Shown: one piece after another, positions 8,287-18,160 of the stretch
Position numbering within the stretch: the stretch's first letter is position 1
Layout of the letters: every line of letters starts with the position of its first letter
NCBI GenBank assembly: GCA_963977015.1
Contig: CAXBMO010000011.1
Span: 123,844 to 187,843 of the forward strand
DNA from: an uncultured bacterium
Lineage (GTDB): Bacteria; Verrucomicrobiota; Verrucomicrobiia; Verrucomicrobiales; DEV007
DNA length: 64,000 bases
Reading direction: 5' to 3'
Program-made: the position numbers and the translations under genes
The notes under the pieces: model-generated
What the model was told of the DNA's origin: nothing
What the model saw: the letters and a program-made list of their open reading frames with translations, nothing else
Databases searched by the model: none

Positions 8287-10491
8287 ATGGACCACGACTC
8301 CCACGATCCACTTGTTCAAGGCCTGATGTTTCTCGGCAGGTATTTTGGCGTACCTGTTAGTCCGATTGGAGCCACTCAAGGGCTGCCTGTCAACGGGCAA
8401 TTGAATCCAGTGTTGTTTGAGCGAGCTGCAAAGCGTTGTGGATTCTCTTCCAAGACGTTGAGGCGCCCCCTCAAACGGTTCCATAGTGCCACGTTGCCGG
8501 CCATTCTCCTGCTGGAAGGGGGGGATGCGGTCGTCTTGTTGGGTTATCTTCCAAAAGGAAGGGCAGAGGTTGCCGTTTTGAGCGCGGGCGGTGGCGTTGA
8601 GCAGGTTAAAATCAAGGAGTTGGACAAGGTCTACACGGGCTTCGCGATTTTGGTCAAACCCGTCTACGATTTCGAAAAACGGAGCGATTTTGCGCCTCCG
8701 CCACCAAAGAGAAACTGGTTCTGGGGCACGCTTTGGCGTTTTCGCGGGTTTTATGCTCGTGTCGGTTTTGCCACCATCATGATCAATCTGTTGGCGCTGA
8801 CCTCGTCGTTGTTCATCATGAATGTTTACGATCGCGTGGTCCCCAATCAGGCGGTTGACACCTTGATTGCACTCGCTGCCGGTGCGGTCGCTGCCTTTAT
8901 TCTGGAGTTCGCCCTGAAGTCGCTTCGGACCTTTTTTGTGGATCGTGCAGGGCATCGCGTGGACTTGATCCTTGGGGGCGATCTCTTCGCCAAAGTGCTC
9001 GGGATTCGTTTTGACGCCAAACCGCAATCAGCCGGGGCGCTGGCAGGGCAGGCCAGATCCTACGAGGGGCTGAGGGAATTTTTCACCAGTGCTTCAATCT
9101 CGGCCTTGGTGGATTTACCGTTCGTATTTGTCTTTGCCGCGATTGTCTTTGTTCTGGGAGGACCTGTCGCGATCCCCTTGGTCGCAGGGGCAATTCTCGC
9201 GTTGAGCATCGGGGCGTTGATGCAGATTCCAATCAGCCGGGCTGTGAGCAAGAGTTACTTGGCGGGCAACCAGCGTCAGGCCTTGTTTGTGGAGGGCGTG
9301 AACGCAATGGAAACGGTGAAGGCGACGCGGAGTGAATCTGAACTGCAGGCAAAGATGGAGGACAATGTTCACATTTCTGCGAAGGCGGATGGACAGGCCA
9401 GGGGGTATGCCCAGTTTGCGCTCAATGCGACGTCACTGATTCAGCATCTGGTAACCATCGCGATCGTGACGGTGGCGTTCTTTCAGGTTCGGGCTGAGCA
9501 AATGACGATGGGGGCGATGATCGCCAGTGTTATTTTGGCGGGGCGGGCGATGGCGCCATTGATGATGGTTTCCTCGCTGCTAACCCGGCTTCAGCAGAGC
9601 CGCCGATCGCTTCGGGGATTGAATGAGATCATGAAGGCGCCTTCCGAGCGAGAAGACCGAGGCAGCAAATATATTAATTTGGAAGACTTTACCCCTGAAG
9701 TTCGGTTCCATGATTTGGAGTTCCAATACGGGAGTGATTTCGGATCCGTTCTCAAGGATCTCAACCTTAAAATTGAACCCGGTGAACGAGTCGCCATCCT
9801 GGGCCGCATTGGTTCCGGTAAAAGTACTTTATTGCGTTTGCTGATGGGCTTTTATCAACCCTCGGCTGGTCGCATTGATGTGAGCGGCATTGATTTGCGG
9901 CAACTTGATCCTGCGGAACTGCGCCGACAAATTGGCTATGCTCAACAGGAGCCGACGCTGTTGTTTGGCTCGCTTCGCTCCAATCTCAAGGCGGGTTGTA
10001 GTTGGGCGAGTGATTCGATGATTTGGAAGGCGATTGAAAGGACTGGGTTGGCTGACTACGTAAGGTCGTTGCCCCGTGGAATCGATCATCCTGTTTCCGA
10101 AGGTGGTAAATCACTTTCCGGAGGGCAACGTCAGGCTGTGGCAATTGCCCGCGCCGTTTTGGAGGAGCCTCCTCTGCTCATTTTTGATGAGCCGACCAGT
10201 GCCATGGACTGGTCGAGCGAACAGAAACTGCTTCAGCAGTTGGATGGTTATTTAAAGGATGATCCGGCGCGAACGTTGATTGTCGCCACTCACAAGCGCT
10301 CGATGCTATCCATCGTAGATCGGGTCATTGTGATTGAAGACGGCCGGATCATTGCAGATGGCCCCAAATCTCAAGTTCTTGCCCAACGAGGAAAGGGGCG
10401 CACCGAAACAGAAGAATTGGGCGAGGAGGTCGCTCTTTATGCCTCGGAGCCGGTGGAGGCGTTTACCCAAGAATCCGGATACCGGTACTAG
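8287..10491 (+). CDS. Type I secretion ABC transporter (LapB/LssB-type, C39-like N-domain)
   Basis: C39-like domain (DPLVQGL..., LPAILLL), MNVYDRVVPNQAVDTL, Walker A GRIGSGKST, signature LSGGQRQ, Walker B LLIFDEPTS. Confidence 0.95.
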   Translation: MDHDSHDPLVQGLMFLGRYFGVPVSPIGATQGLPVNGQLNPVLFERAAKRCGFSSKTLRRPLKRFHSATLPAILLLEGGDAVVLLGYLPKGRAEVAVLSAGGGVEQVKIKELDKVYTGFAILVKPVYDFEKRSDFAPPPPKRNWFWGTLWRFRGFYARVGFATIMINLLALTSSLFIMNVYDRVVPNQAVDTLIALAAGAVAAFILEFALKSLRTFFVDRAGHRVDLILGGDLFAKVLGIRFDAKPQSAGALAGQARSYEGLREFFTSASISALVDLPFVFVFAAIVFVLGGPVAIPLVAGAILALSIGALMQIPISRAVSKSYLAGNQRQALFVEGVNAMETVKATRSESELQAKMEDNVHISAKADGQARGYAQFALNATSLIQHLVTIAIVTVAFFQVRAEQMTMGAMIASVILAGRAMAPLMMVSSLLTRLQQSRRSLRGLNEIMKAPSEREDRGSKYINLEDFTPEVRFHDLEFQYGSDFGSVLKDLNLKIEPGERVAILGRIGSGKSTLLRLLMGFYQPSAGRIDVSGIDLRQLDPAELRRQIGYAQQEPTLLFGSLRSNLKAGCSWASDSMIWKAIERTGLADYVRSLPRGIDHPVSEGGKSLSGGQRQAVAIARAVLEEPPLLIFDEPTSAMDWSSEQKLLQQLDGYLKDDPARTLIVATHKRSMLSIVDRVIVIEDGRIIADGPKSQVLAQRGKGRTETEELGEEVALYASEPVEAFTQESGYRY

Positions 10492-10513
10492 ACTTCAATT
10501 TTTGATACTGACG

Positions 10514-11746
10514 ATGAACGATCCAGCTTACCAATCCAACCTTCCAGCCTTGTGCGCTGCCGAAGTCGATTTTGCGCGAAACGCACGCCAGGCACTCCAT
10601 CGTGATCGTGTTCCGGGTGCAAACTTTCTGCTGTGGCTCATTGCGGCCATCATTGGCGGGTTTGTCTATTGGGCTTCCGTGGCCCATGTGGATGAGGTAA
10701 CCAAAGGGATGGGCAAGGTCATTCCTTCTTCCTCGGTGCAGACCATTGCGAATCTGGAAGGAGGGATCATTGCTGAATTGCTGGTTTCTGAGGGGACCCG
10801 TGTTTCAAAGGGCGATGTTCTCGTAAGAATTGACGACACCATGTCCAACGCTTCGCTAAAGGAGAATCGGGCAGAGGCGGAAGCACTTCGGGCTGAATTG
10901 ATTCGCCTCAAGGCGGAGGCTGACGGGATCAACGTCGTCGAGTTCTCCCCGTCGATGAAGGCCGCACGACCGGAATTGGTGGAACGCGAGACGTTGCTCT
11001 TCAACAAGCGAAGGAGTGAGGTGGATGAGGCAAAGGCGACTCTGGAGAAGTCCTTGGCGCTCGCTTCTGATGAGCTGCAAATGACGATCCCGCTCGTTAA
11101 AAAAGACATTGTCTCCAAAGTCGATCAGCTTCGAATCGAGCGCGAGGTTAACGAGCTCGAAGGAAAGTTGAAAGAGATTACCGGCGCATTTCAGAGCCGT
11201 GCGATGGAGCAGTACAACCAGACCAAAGCCAAGCTTGAGGGCTTGGAACAAGTGCTCCAAGGGCGCGAGGATCGCGTCAATCGCACGTTGGTGCGTTCTC
11301 CGGTTTCAGGGACGGTGAACAAGCTTCATGTGACGACTCTGGGTGGCGTGCTTCAACCGGGTGAGCCGATTGTTGATATCGTTCCCAATGATGAAACCAT
11401 GCTCGTTTCCGCAAAGATTCGACCGCAGGACATTGCGTTCCTGCATCCCGGGCAAAACGCAGTTTTGAAGTTCACAGCCTATGATTTCTCCATGTTTGGT
11501 GGCTTGGAAGGTGTCGTGGAAAATATCAGCGCAGATACCATCGAAGACGAAGTTGACCACCAGCATTACTACGAGATCAAAGTGCGGAATGAATCTGGAG
11601 AACTGGTTTCAAAAGAAGGAGAAGCTCTTCCGGTGATTCCGGGGATGGTCGTGGAGGTCGATGTCTTGACGGGGCGAAGAACCGTTCTGCAATATTTGCT
11701 CAAACCGTTTCACCGCATGCGTTTCAATGCGCTTCGCGAACGTTAG
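10514..11746 (+). CDS. HlyD-family T1SS membrane fusion protein (LapC-like)
   Basis: Start placed at ATG 10514 (MNDPAY); the longer ORF overlaps the ATPase. Motifs VDEVTKGMGKVIPSS..Q.I.NLEGGII, RSPVSGTV, KFTAYDFS.FGGL.G and IPGMVVEVDVLTGRRTVLQYLLKP. Confidence 0.93.
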   Translation: MNDPAYQSNLPALCAAEVDFARNARQALHRDRVPGANFLLWLIAAIIGGFVYWASVAHVDEVTKGMGKVIPSSSVQTIANLEGGIIAELLVSEGTRVSKGDVLVRIDDTMSNASLKENRAEAEALRAELIRLKAEADGINVVEFSPSMKAARPELVERETLLFNKRRSEVDEAKATLEKSLALASDELQMTIPLVKKDIVSKVDQLRIEREVNELEGKLKEITGAFQSRAMEQYNQTKAKLEGLEQVLQGREDRVNRTLVRSPVSGTVNKLHVTTLGGVLQPGEPIVDIVPNDETMLVSAKIRPQDIAFLHPGQNAVLKFTAYDFSMFGGLEGVVENISADTIEDEVDHQHYYEIKVRNESGELVSKEGEALPVIPGMVVEVDVLTGRRTVLQYLLKPFHRMRFNALRER

Positions 11747-13152
11747 AATTGGAAGTAGATAAAGGGAGATGACCCGATTGGAGAGTATAACAGAACTCCA
11801 AGAAGCAAAACGGCTACGATTAATTGTCCCTTGAACGTTGTCAGGTCCAGTGGCGGATAGGGCGACAAAGAGTGGGTCTCCCGGTAACGTCCAACCGCAT
11901 GAGCGACGAAGACCATGGGCAGGAGGATGAGCAACGGGGCGTAGATCCACTCAATGCCCGGGCCGTGATCAAATAGCATCCGGTTCGCAATGGTTAAGCC
12001 TTCCGATAAGGTTGGGATGCGGAAGAGCAGCCACCCGAATCCGACGATGGTCATGGTGATGATCCAACCCAGGAACTGCCCAATCCAGCCGCTTGGCCAT
12101 CCCAGTTTGGCGTTCTCCCAGTACCGGTTGATGGCCAATGCTCCGCCGTGGAGGAAGCCCCAAAGGACAAAATTCCAACTGGCGCCGTGCCACAGGCCAC
12201 CCAGAACCATCGTGGTCATGAGATTCACGTAGGTTCTTCCCCTGCCTTTTCGATTTCCGCCTAGGGAGATATAGAGATAATCCCTGAGCCAGGCCGAAAG
12301 GGAGATATGCCAGCGGTGCCAGAAATCCCGAATCGATGTTGCGGAGTAGGGGATGTTGAAATTCTTGGGGAGTCGAAATCCCAGACACAAGGCCAGCCCG
12401 ATTGCCATCTCGGAATATCCCGAGAAGTCGCAAAAAATTTGCAGCGAATAAGCGATGAGCGCGAGCCAAAGCGTCGCTGCATGGTAGGTGTCGGAGGCTC
12501 CATAGACGCTGTCTACATAGATGGCGAGGCGGTCAGCGATCAGGGCTTTTTTGATCAGTCCCGACAGAAAGATCACAATGCCGTTCGAGAAATTCGCCGG
12601 GGTAAAGCGGACCGGATTGCGTAGCTGGGGAAGGAATTCTTTCGCCCGGACAATGGGCCCCGCCACGAGTTGTGGAAAAAAGGCAATAAAGAGCGCAAAA
12701 TCCCGGAAGGAGTCAGCCGGTTTGAGTTTGTCTCGATAGATGTCGATCGAGTAGCTCATCGATTGAAACGTAAAAAAGGAAATTCCGACCGGAAGGATGA
12801 TCTCCAGGGTTGAGACGCCCCAGCCGAGCGGAGTCAGCAACCGGTTGGCGCTCTCGATGAAAAAGTTGAAGTATTTGAAGATGCCGAGAATCCCGAGGTT
12901 CAAGCAGAGGCTGAAACCCAGGTACCGTTTCCGCAGCCGGGAATCCGTGGTTCGAAAGATTCGTCCCCCGAGGAAGTAGTCGAGGGATGTGGTTAGCCAA
13001 ATGAGGGCCAGGAACCGGATGTCCCACCATCCATAAAAGACGTAGCTGGCAACCAGGAGGATGGTTTTTCGGTAGCCGGAGTTTTGGGAGAGGAGCATGG
13101 CCCCAATCACCAGCGCAAAGAAGACTGGAAAGATCAGACTCGAAAAGATCAT
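11743..13152 (-). CDS. MBOAT family O-acyltransferase (AlgI/PatA-like)
   Basis: LPVGISFFTFQSMSY, FFPQLVAGPIVR, DFSGYSEMAIG, FWHRWHISLS.WLRDYLYISLGG, GLWHGA.WNFVLWG, C-terminal FIYFQF. Confidence 0.95.
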   Translation of the reverse strand: MIFSSLIFPVFFALVIGAMLLSQNSGYRKTILLVASYVFYGWWDIRFLALIWLTTSLDYFLGGRIFRTTDSRLRKRYLGFSLCLNLGILGIFKYFNFFIESANRLLTPLGWGVSTLEIILPVGISFFTFQSMSYSIDIYRDKLKPADSFRDFALFIAFFPQLVAGPIVRAKEFLPQLRNPVRFTPANFSNGIVIFLSGLIKKALIADRLAIYVDSVYGASDTYHAATLWLALIAYSLQIFCDFSGYSEMAIGLALCLGFRLPKNFNIPYSATSIRDFWHRWHISLSAWLRDYLYISLGGNRKGRGRTYVNLMTTMVLGGLWHGASWNFVLWGFLHGGALAINRYWENAKLGWPSGWIGQFLGWIITMTIVGFGWLLFRIPTLSEGLTIANRMLFDHGPGIEWIYAPLLILLPMVFVAHAVGRYRETHSLSPYPPLDLTTFKGQLIVAVLLLGVLLYSPIGSSPFIYFQF

Positions 13153-13157
13153 CAATC

Positions 13158-14222
13158 CTAGAGATTGAGTGTTTTGAGATAGCGGCTGAGGAGAGCCGAA
13201 ACCTTTTGGTGTCCGATGCGGTTCAAGTGACCTCTGCCGGGAACCGAGTTGGCAAATCCCGTGGGAGGAGAATGCTCATTGCGAAGAGCATCCAAAAACG
13301 CCTCTCTGGTGCGGAGGACGTCAATTCCCGCTTCCTGGCATGCGGCAAACAGGTAGGACTCCAAGGGGGAATCCGCGGGTGTCTCGGTTAGTCCGGCGGG
13401 GATGGAGATTTCGTCGATGTATAAGATCGTGAGCAATTGGTTTCCGTAGCGGTCGATGAGCTCGCTGATCTGCCAGTCGATGAGATTCTTGAATTCCGGA
13501 GCAATCTCCGGGCGAACCGTTGTTTCCTTCGACACGGCGACCTTCTTTTTGGGCTTAAGGTTGCCGGGTAGGAACGAGTTTTTGGACAAGCCCAGGGAAC
13601 GAATTCGGAGGTAACTCCATCCGATAAACGGGGCGATGCTGATGAACTGGTCCTTCTTCAGCTTCAATGCCTGGGTTTCCGAGTCATTGGAAACGATCGA
13701 AAATTCAGAATCGGACGGTGTGATGAAAAAGTCTTTTACGGGATTGGTCGCATCTTCCAGCCAGTCATCGATCCGGCACTGGACAATCACTCGGTCAGGT
13801 TCCAGTCGCTCACGAAGGGAATCGCTGAACATCAACGCGTCGCACATGGAGCGCCCACTCATTCCCAGATTGATGACGGTGGAGGATTCAAGCTGATCCT
13901 CCAGCAGCGAACAGAAGTTCAGAGGGCGTGGAACTTGAAGCGCTTCGGTAAAGGAATCTCCCAAAACCACAATGGTTCGTTCGCTCTCGTTACCGCGATT
14001 CGCGATCGCGCCGGATGGATTGTTGAACCCAAACTCGTCATGCCGAATCCACGCAAAGCCTTCGCTGCCGTGAACATGAAGGGAGTTGGGCTGGTAGTGG
14101 GGGCCAAACGGGCCGTCTCGTTCGATCTTTGGAAGCCGAAGGGTGGTGAGAGAAATGACGAGATTCCAAAAAACGGCAGCCACGATCAATGCCGCTGCAG
14201 ATCTGAGAAGGATTCGGTACAT
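13158..14222 (-). CDS. SGNH/GDSL hydrolase-like protein (probable periplasmic O-acyltransferase partner)
   Basis: N-terminal TM from ATG 14222, VVLGDSFTEA, VINLGMSG, GHLNRIGH; directly upstream of the MBOAT gene. Confidence 0.8.
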   Translation of the reverse strand: MYRILLRSAAALIVAAVFWNLVISLTTLRLPKIERDGPFGPHYQPNSLHVHGSEGFAWIRHDEFGFNNPSGAIANRGNESERTIVVLGDSFTEALQVPRPLNFCSLLEDQLESSTVINLGMSGRSMCDALMFSDSLRERLEPDRVIVQCRIDDWLEDATNPVKDFFITPSDSEFSIVSNDSETQALKLKKDQFISIAPFIGWSYLRIRSLGLSKNSFLPGNLKPKKKVAVSKETTVRPEIAPEFKNLIDWQISELIDRYGNQLLTILYIDEISIPAGLTETPADSPLESYLFAACQEAGIDVLRTREAFLDALRNEHSPPTGFANSVPGRGHLNRIGHQKVSALLSRYLKTLNL

Positions 14223-14393
14223 TTGCTGGGTCAATAAGGCACTAACGCCAGGCAAACTCACAGTATCGCCATTTGGCGGCCGCACGATGCTACCATGATT
14301 CGTTTGAATGGCAAAAAACTTCGCTTTTTGCGCTTTCGTGGACATGTTGATCCCCCCTGCGTTTGGCCACGGCGGCCACCAACGCGGTGAGAT

Positions 14394-15473
14394 TTGAGTG
14401 TGACTCCCCAACTGATCAGCATTGACGAAATTCAGGATTTTTCGGAATTCAGCGAAGTCGTCGACGTGCGTTCTCCTTCCGAATTTGCGGAAGATCATTT
14501 GCCCGGGGCCATCAACTTGCCGGTTTTGTCTGATGAAGAACGGGCCATCGTCGGAGACCTCTACCACAATGAATCGAAGTTTACGGCGCGTCGACATGGC
14601 GCGGCATTGGTAACGCGAAACATTTCGGAGATGCTGGCCGGGCATTTCTCGGTCAAGCCGGGGGACTATCAGCCTTTGGTGTATTGCTGGCGTGGTGGTC
14701 AGCGTTCCAACAGCCTGGCCACGCTTCTGACCGCCATTGGTTGGAGGGTGAGAATTCTGAACGGGGGTTACAAGGCCTACCGAAGTTGGGTGATTCGCAG
14801 CCTTGAAGAAGGCTTTGAATGCCCGGAGTTACGGCTGTTCATCGTTGCCGGGCTGACCGGATCCGGGAAGACCCAGATGCTGCATCAGCTGAGGGCGCGA
14901 GGCGAGCAGGTTCTCGACCTGGAGGCGCTGGCGAATCATCGAGGCTCAATTCTCGGGAGCGAACCGGGAAGCCGCCAGCCTCACCAAAAGCGATTTGAAA
15001 GCCGATTGGTGGGGGCCCTGCAAAGTTTTGACCGATCTCGTCCGGTGTTTGTGGAGTCGGAGAGCCACCGTGTTGGTGAACTCTACGTTCCGGGATCGTT
15101 GTGGAAATCGATGAAGGCTTCGCCGGTCATCGAATTGACGGTGGATCTGGAGGAACGAGTTCAGTTTCTTTGCCGGCATTACCTGCATTTTCAGCAAGAT
15201 CAGGACCGTTTGATCGAGTGCTTGGATGTGCTTCGGCGCCTCCAGGGCAATAGTCGGGTGGAGCACTGGATCTCTTTGGTGCGCGATGGCGATTGGGATG
15301 GACTGGTTCGATCCCTGTTGGTCGATCACTATGACTCGGCCTACAAGAGCTCGCGTTCCAAGTTTGAAGGGGAGCGCCTCGGAACGATTTCCCTGGATTC
15401 GCTGTCGGAAAGCGGGATCGAAGCTGGAGTGGATCAGGTTTTGGAGCTGAGTTCCGGCGTCGGCGTGAAATAA
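14394..15473 (+). CDS. mnmH: tRNA 2-selenouridine synthase
   Basis: Rhodanese domain (VDVRSPSEFAEDHLPGAINLP, VYCWRGGQRS, GGYKAYR), P-loop GLTGSGKT, LDLEALANHRGS.LG, QKRFES, HYD.AY. Start may be GTG 14400. Confidence 0.95.
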   Translation: MSVTPQLISIDEIQDFSEFSEVVDVRSPSEFAEDHLPGAINLPVLSDEERAIVGDLYHNESKFTARRHGAALVTRNISEMLAGHFSVKPGDYQPLVYCWRGGQRSNSLATLLTAIGWRVRILNGGYKAYRSWVIRSLEEGFECPELRLFIVAGLTGSGKTQMLHQLRARGEQVLDLEALANHRGSILGSEPGSRQPHQKRFESRLVGALQSFDRSRPVFVESESHRVGELYVPGSLWKSMKASPVIELTVDLEERVQFLCRHYLHFQQDQDRLIECLDVLRRLQGNSRVEHWISLVRDGDWDGLVRSLLVDHYDSAYKSSRSKFEGERLGTISLDSLSESGIEAGVDQVLELSSGVGVK

Positions 15474-15514
15474 GCGACCGGCAAAGTCCGTGCCTCTACC
15501 TATCCTTCCGGCCT

Positions 15515-16750
15515 ATGAAACCCCTTCACCTCACACTTCTCTGCCTTTTTGCGCTTCACTCGGTCCAGGGAGCACCCGAATGGCCACGTTTTCGTGGTGA
15601 AAACGGCGCGGGAGTGGTTGAGGAAGCCAACATCCCGGCGGCATGGAGTGAGGGCGATTATCTCTGGAAGGTTGACCTTCCCGGCGTTGGTCACGGCTCC
15701 ATGGCCGTAGCCGGCGATCGCATTTTCCTGCTTTGCGCCGACGAGAAATCGAGCGAGAGAATGCCGGTCTGCATCAGCGCCAGGGACGGTTCCGTTCTCT
15801 GGTCGAAAACCTATTCAACCGAGCAGTTCAAGGGCCACCGCTTCAACAGTCCGGCCTCGACAACTCCGGCGGTTGATGACGAGAAGGTCTACTACACGTG
15901 GGGGACCAAGGAGCGGTTGACCGCCGTGGCGCTCAGTCACGAAGGGGAGCAAATCTGGATGGCCGATTTGGGACCCATCAAGGGCGGGCATGGGTTCGGT
16001 GCGTCGCCGATGGTTTACAAGGATTTGGTCGTCATTAACAATGATCAGGATGGCGACAGCAGCCTGATCGCTCTCGACAAAAATACCGGTAACGTTCGCT
16101 GGGAAATCCCGCGGCAGAGCATTCGTCTGAGCTATTCCGTTCCGGTGGTTCTTCCAACTGAGGACCGTGGTGATATTTTGGTTTTCACGAACTGGCAACA
16201 CGGTTTTACCGCAGTGGATCCGCAAACCGGCGAAGTGCTGAGCGAGATTCGCGTCTTCGATCTGGAGGCCAAGGAGCGGGCGATCAGTTCACCCGTTTTG
16301 GCGGGAAATCTCGTTCTCGGCACCTGCGGGTTCACCAATGAGCCGAAGCAGGCCGTGGCGGTGAAATGGAATGGACAAGGGCTCGAGGAAGTTTGGCGCA
16401 TCACGCGAAACGTGCCTCATATCCCCAGTCCCATCGTCATCCGCAATCGGGTTTACTTCTGGGAAGACAAGGGGATCGGCACCTGCGTCGATCATCAAAC
16501 CGGTGAGGTGATCTGGCGGGAGCGCATCGGTGGAGCCACGTTTTTCAGCTCACCCGTCAGCGATGGCGAAAAGATCTTCGGGATCGATGCCGATGGGGTC
16601 GTCGTCACCTTGGCGGCGAGCGATGACTACCAGGAACTGGCGCGAACCAAACTGGGCAATGGCGTCGTCTGTCGAAGCACGCCGGTGATCGCCCATGGCA
16701 ACATCTACGTGCGCACCTTTGACCAACTGATTGCTGTCAAAGGGCGGTAG
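15515..16750 (+). CDS. Secreted PQQ-binding-like beta-propeller repeat protein
   Basis: Signal peptide, WPRFRG.NG.G, repeated ALDK.TG..RW and SSP motifs. Confidence 0.88.
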   Translation: MKPLHLTLLCLFALHSVQGAPEWPRFRGENGAGVVEEANIPAAWSEGDYLWKVDLPGVGHGSMAVAGDRIFLLCADEKSSERMPVCISARDGSVLWSKTYSTEQFKGHRFNSPASTTPAVDDEKVYYTWGTKERLTAVALSHEGEQIWMADLGPIKGGHGFGASPMVYKDLVVINNDQDGDSSLIALDKNTGNVRWEIPRQSIRLSYSVPVVLPTEDRGDILVFTNWQHGFTAVDPQTGEVLSEIRVFDLEAKERAISSPVLAGNLVLGTCGFTNEPKQAVAVKWNGQGLEEVWRITRNVPHIPSPIVIRNRVYFWEDKGIGTCVDHQTGEVIWRERIGGATFFSSPVSDGEKIFGIDADGVVVTLAASDDYQELARTKLGNGVVCRSTPVIAHGNIYVRTFDQLIAVKGR

Positions 16751-16759
16751 CCGCGGAAT

Positions 16760-18082
16760 TCAATCGGACGATGCCTGGAAGAAACCTTCCGCCTTGTGGC
16801 GCGTCTCTTCGAATTCCAGCTCCGGCTCAGAGTCGGCGACGATGCCCGCCCCGACGTGAAAATGGAGGGTCTCGTTCTCGCGAACCGCGCTCCGGATCAC
16901 AATGTTGAACTGGCTCTCTCCGTTCAGCCCGAAGTAACCGATCGTTCCGGTGTAAACTCCCCGCTCAATCGGCTCCAGCTCGGCGATGATCTCCCGCGCA
17001 CGCTTTTTGGGCGCGCCGGTAATCGAGCCGCCCGGAAAACAGGCCTTCAACGCATTCACATGGTTGATTTCGCTCTTCAGCCGACCTTGCACGGTGGATA
17101 CAAGATGGAAGACCTGTTCGTAGGTTTCGAGCTCGAGAAGCCGGGATGCCTGCACACTGCCAAACTCGCAAACCTGGCCAAGATCGTTGCGCTCCAGATC
17201 CGTGATCATGATCAACTCCGCGCGCTCCTTTTCCGATGTGATCAAATCATACCGGCTCCGCTCATCCCTTTCCGTGTCCCGAAACCGGGGACGGGTTCCC
17301 TTGATGGGGCGGGTTTGGATCCCTCGTCCGCTCAGCTTCAGAAACTGCTCGGGCGACGATGATAAAATCTGGCGATTGCAAAGATTCAGGTAGGCGGAAA
17401 ACGGGGCCGGGGAGGCGTCGCGAAGCGCTTCGTAGAAGGCGAACGGGTCAAGGTCGGGAGGGAACGGCGCCTGAAAACGCCGGGTCAAATTCACCTGATA
17501 GATGTCTCCCGCCGCGATGTAATCTTTCGCCTTGCGCACGAGACGGCAGAACTCCGCCTTGCCCATGTCCGCCTGGAACTCCAGGGGCGGGAGCGCCGGC
17601 CTGGGTTCGGGCGCATCTGGGAGCCGTTGCGCGAGCCCGCCGTAGTCGAACCATTCCGCCGTGCGGTGCCGGAACACGAGAATCCTTGGATAAAGCCCGA
17701 ACTCGAACTCGCCGTTGTAGGCAATCGTTCCAAAGGCGCCGCCGAGCGGAAACCCCAGATCCGGGGCCGATTCGATCGCATTGTCGCGCAGCCAACGCTC
17801 CAGCTTCGAGGTATCGCGGAGATCCCCGTGCACCACCTCCTCGGGCTCGAAGGTCAACAGCGAAATCTCATCGCCCGATTGGCTCAAGCTCGACGAGTCG
17901 AGGAAAATCGCTTCCGGCTGATCCGCAATGCGGGCAAAGACCTCATTCGGCTGCACATCCGGCCAGTCGAGGCGGTTCAGGAGATTCTTGCTGTGGTTGG
18001 GAACAATCGGACTCACAAGCGAACGCCTAATGGAACCTGTTCCGGCCAAAGCGCAATCCCGCGTTGTGTCAGTTTCCGCCAA
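16760..18082 (-). CDS. pabB: Aminodeoxychorismate synthase component I (chorismate-binding)
   Basis: GDIYQVNL, SPAPFSAY, SSSPEQFL, TRPIKGTRPR, AELIMITDLERNDLG, FPGGSITGAPKKRA, GAGIVADS. Start uncertain (possibly GTG 18016). Confidence 0.85.
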   Translation of the reverse strand: MAETDTTRDCALAGTGSIRRSLVSPIVPNHSKNLLNRLDWPDVQPNEVFARIADQPEAIFLDSSSLSQSGDEISLLTFEPEEVVHGDLRDTSKLERWLRDNAIESAPDLGFPLGGAFGTIAYNGEFEFGLYPRILVFRHRTAEWFDYGGLAQRLPDAPEPRPALPPLEFQADMGKAEFCRLVRKAKDYIAAGDIYQVNLTRRFQAPFPPDLDPFAFYEALRDASPAPFSAYLNLCNRQILSSSPEQFLKLSGRGIQTRPIKGTRPRFRDTERDERSRYDLITSEKERAELIMITDLERNDLGQVCEFGSVQASRLLELETYEQVFHLVSTVQGRLKSEINHVNALKACFPGGSITGAPKKRAREIIAELEPIERGVYTGTIGYFGLNGESQFNIVIRSAVRENETLHFHVGAGIVADSEPELEFEETRHKAEGFFQASSD

Positions 18083-18160
18083 AAACAGCGCATAAATCCC
18101 GGAAGATGGCTCGAAAAAAGGAGAGACAAGACACGTTCAGCCCTCTAACATGTTGGCGTC

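Noticed and set aside
14223-14645. N-terminal extension of the SGNH ORF given in the ORF track
   Set aside because: It overlaps mnmH on the opposite strand; ATG 14222 gives a proper N-terminal membrane anchor.
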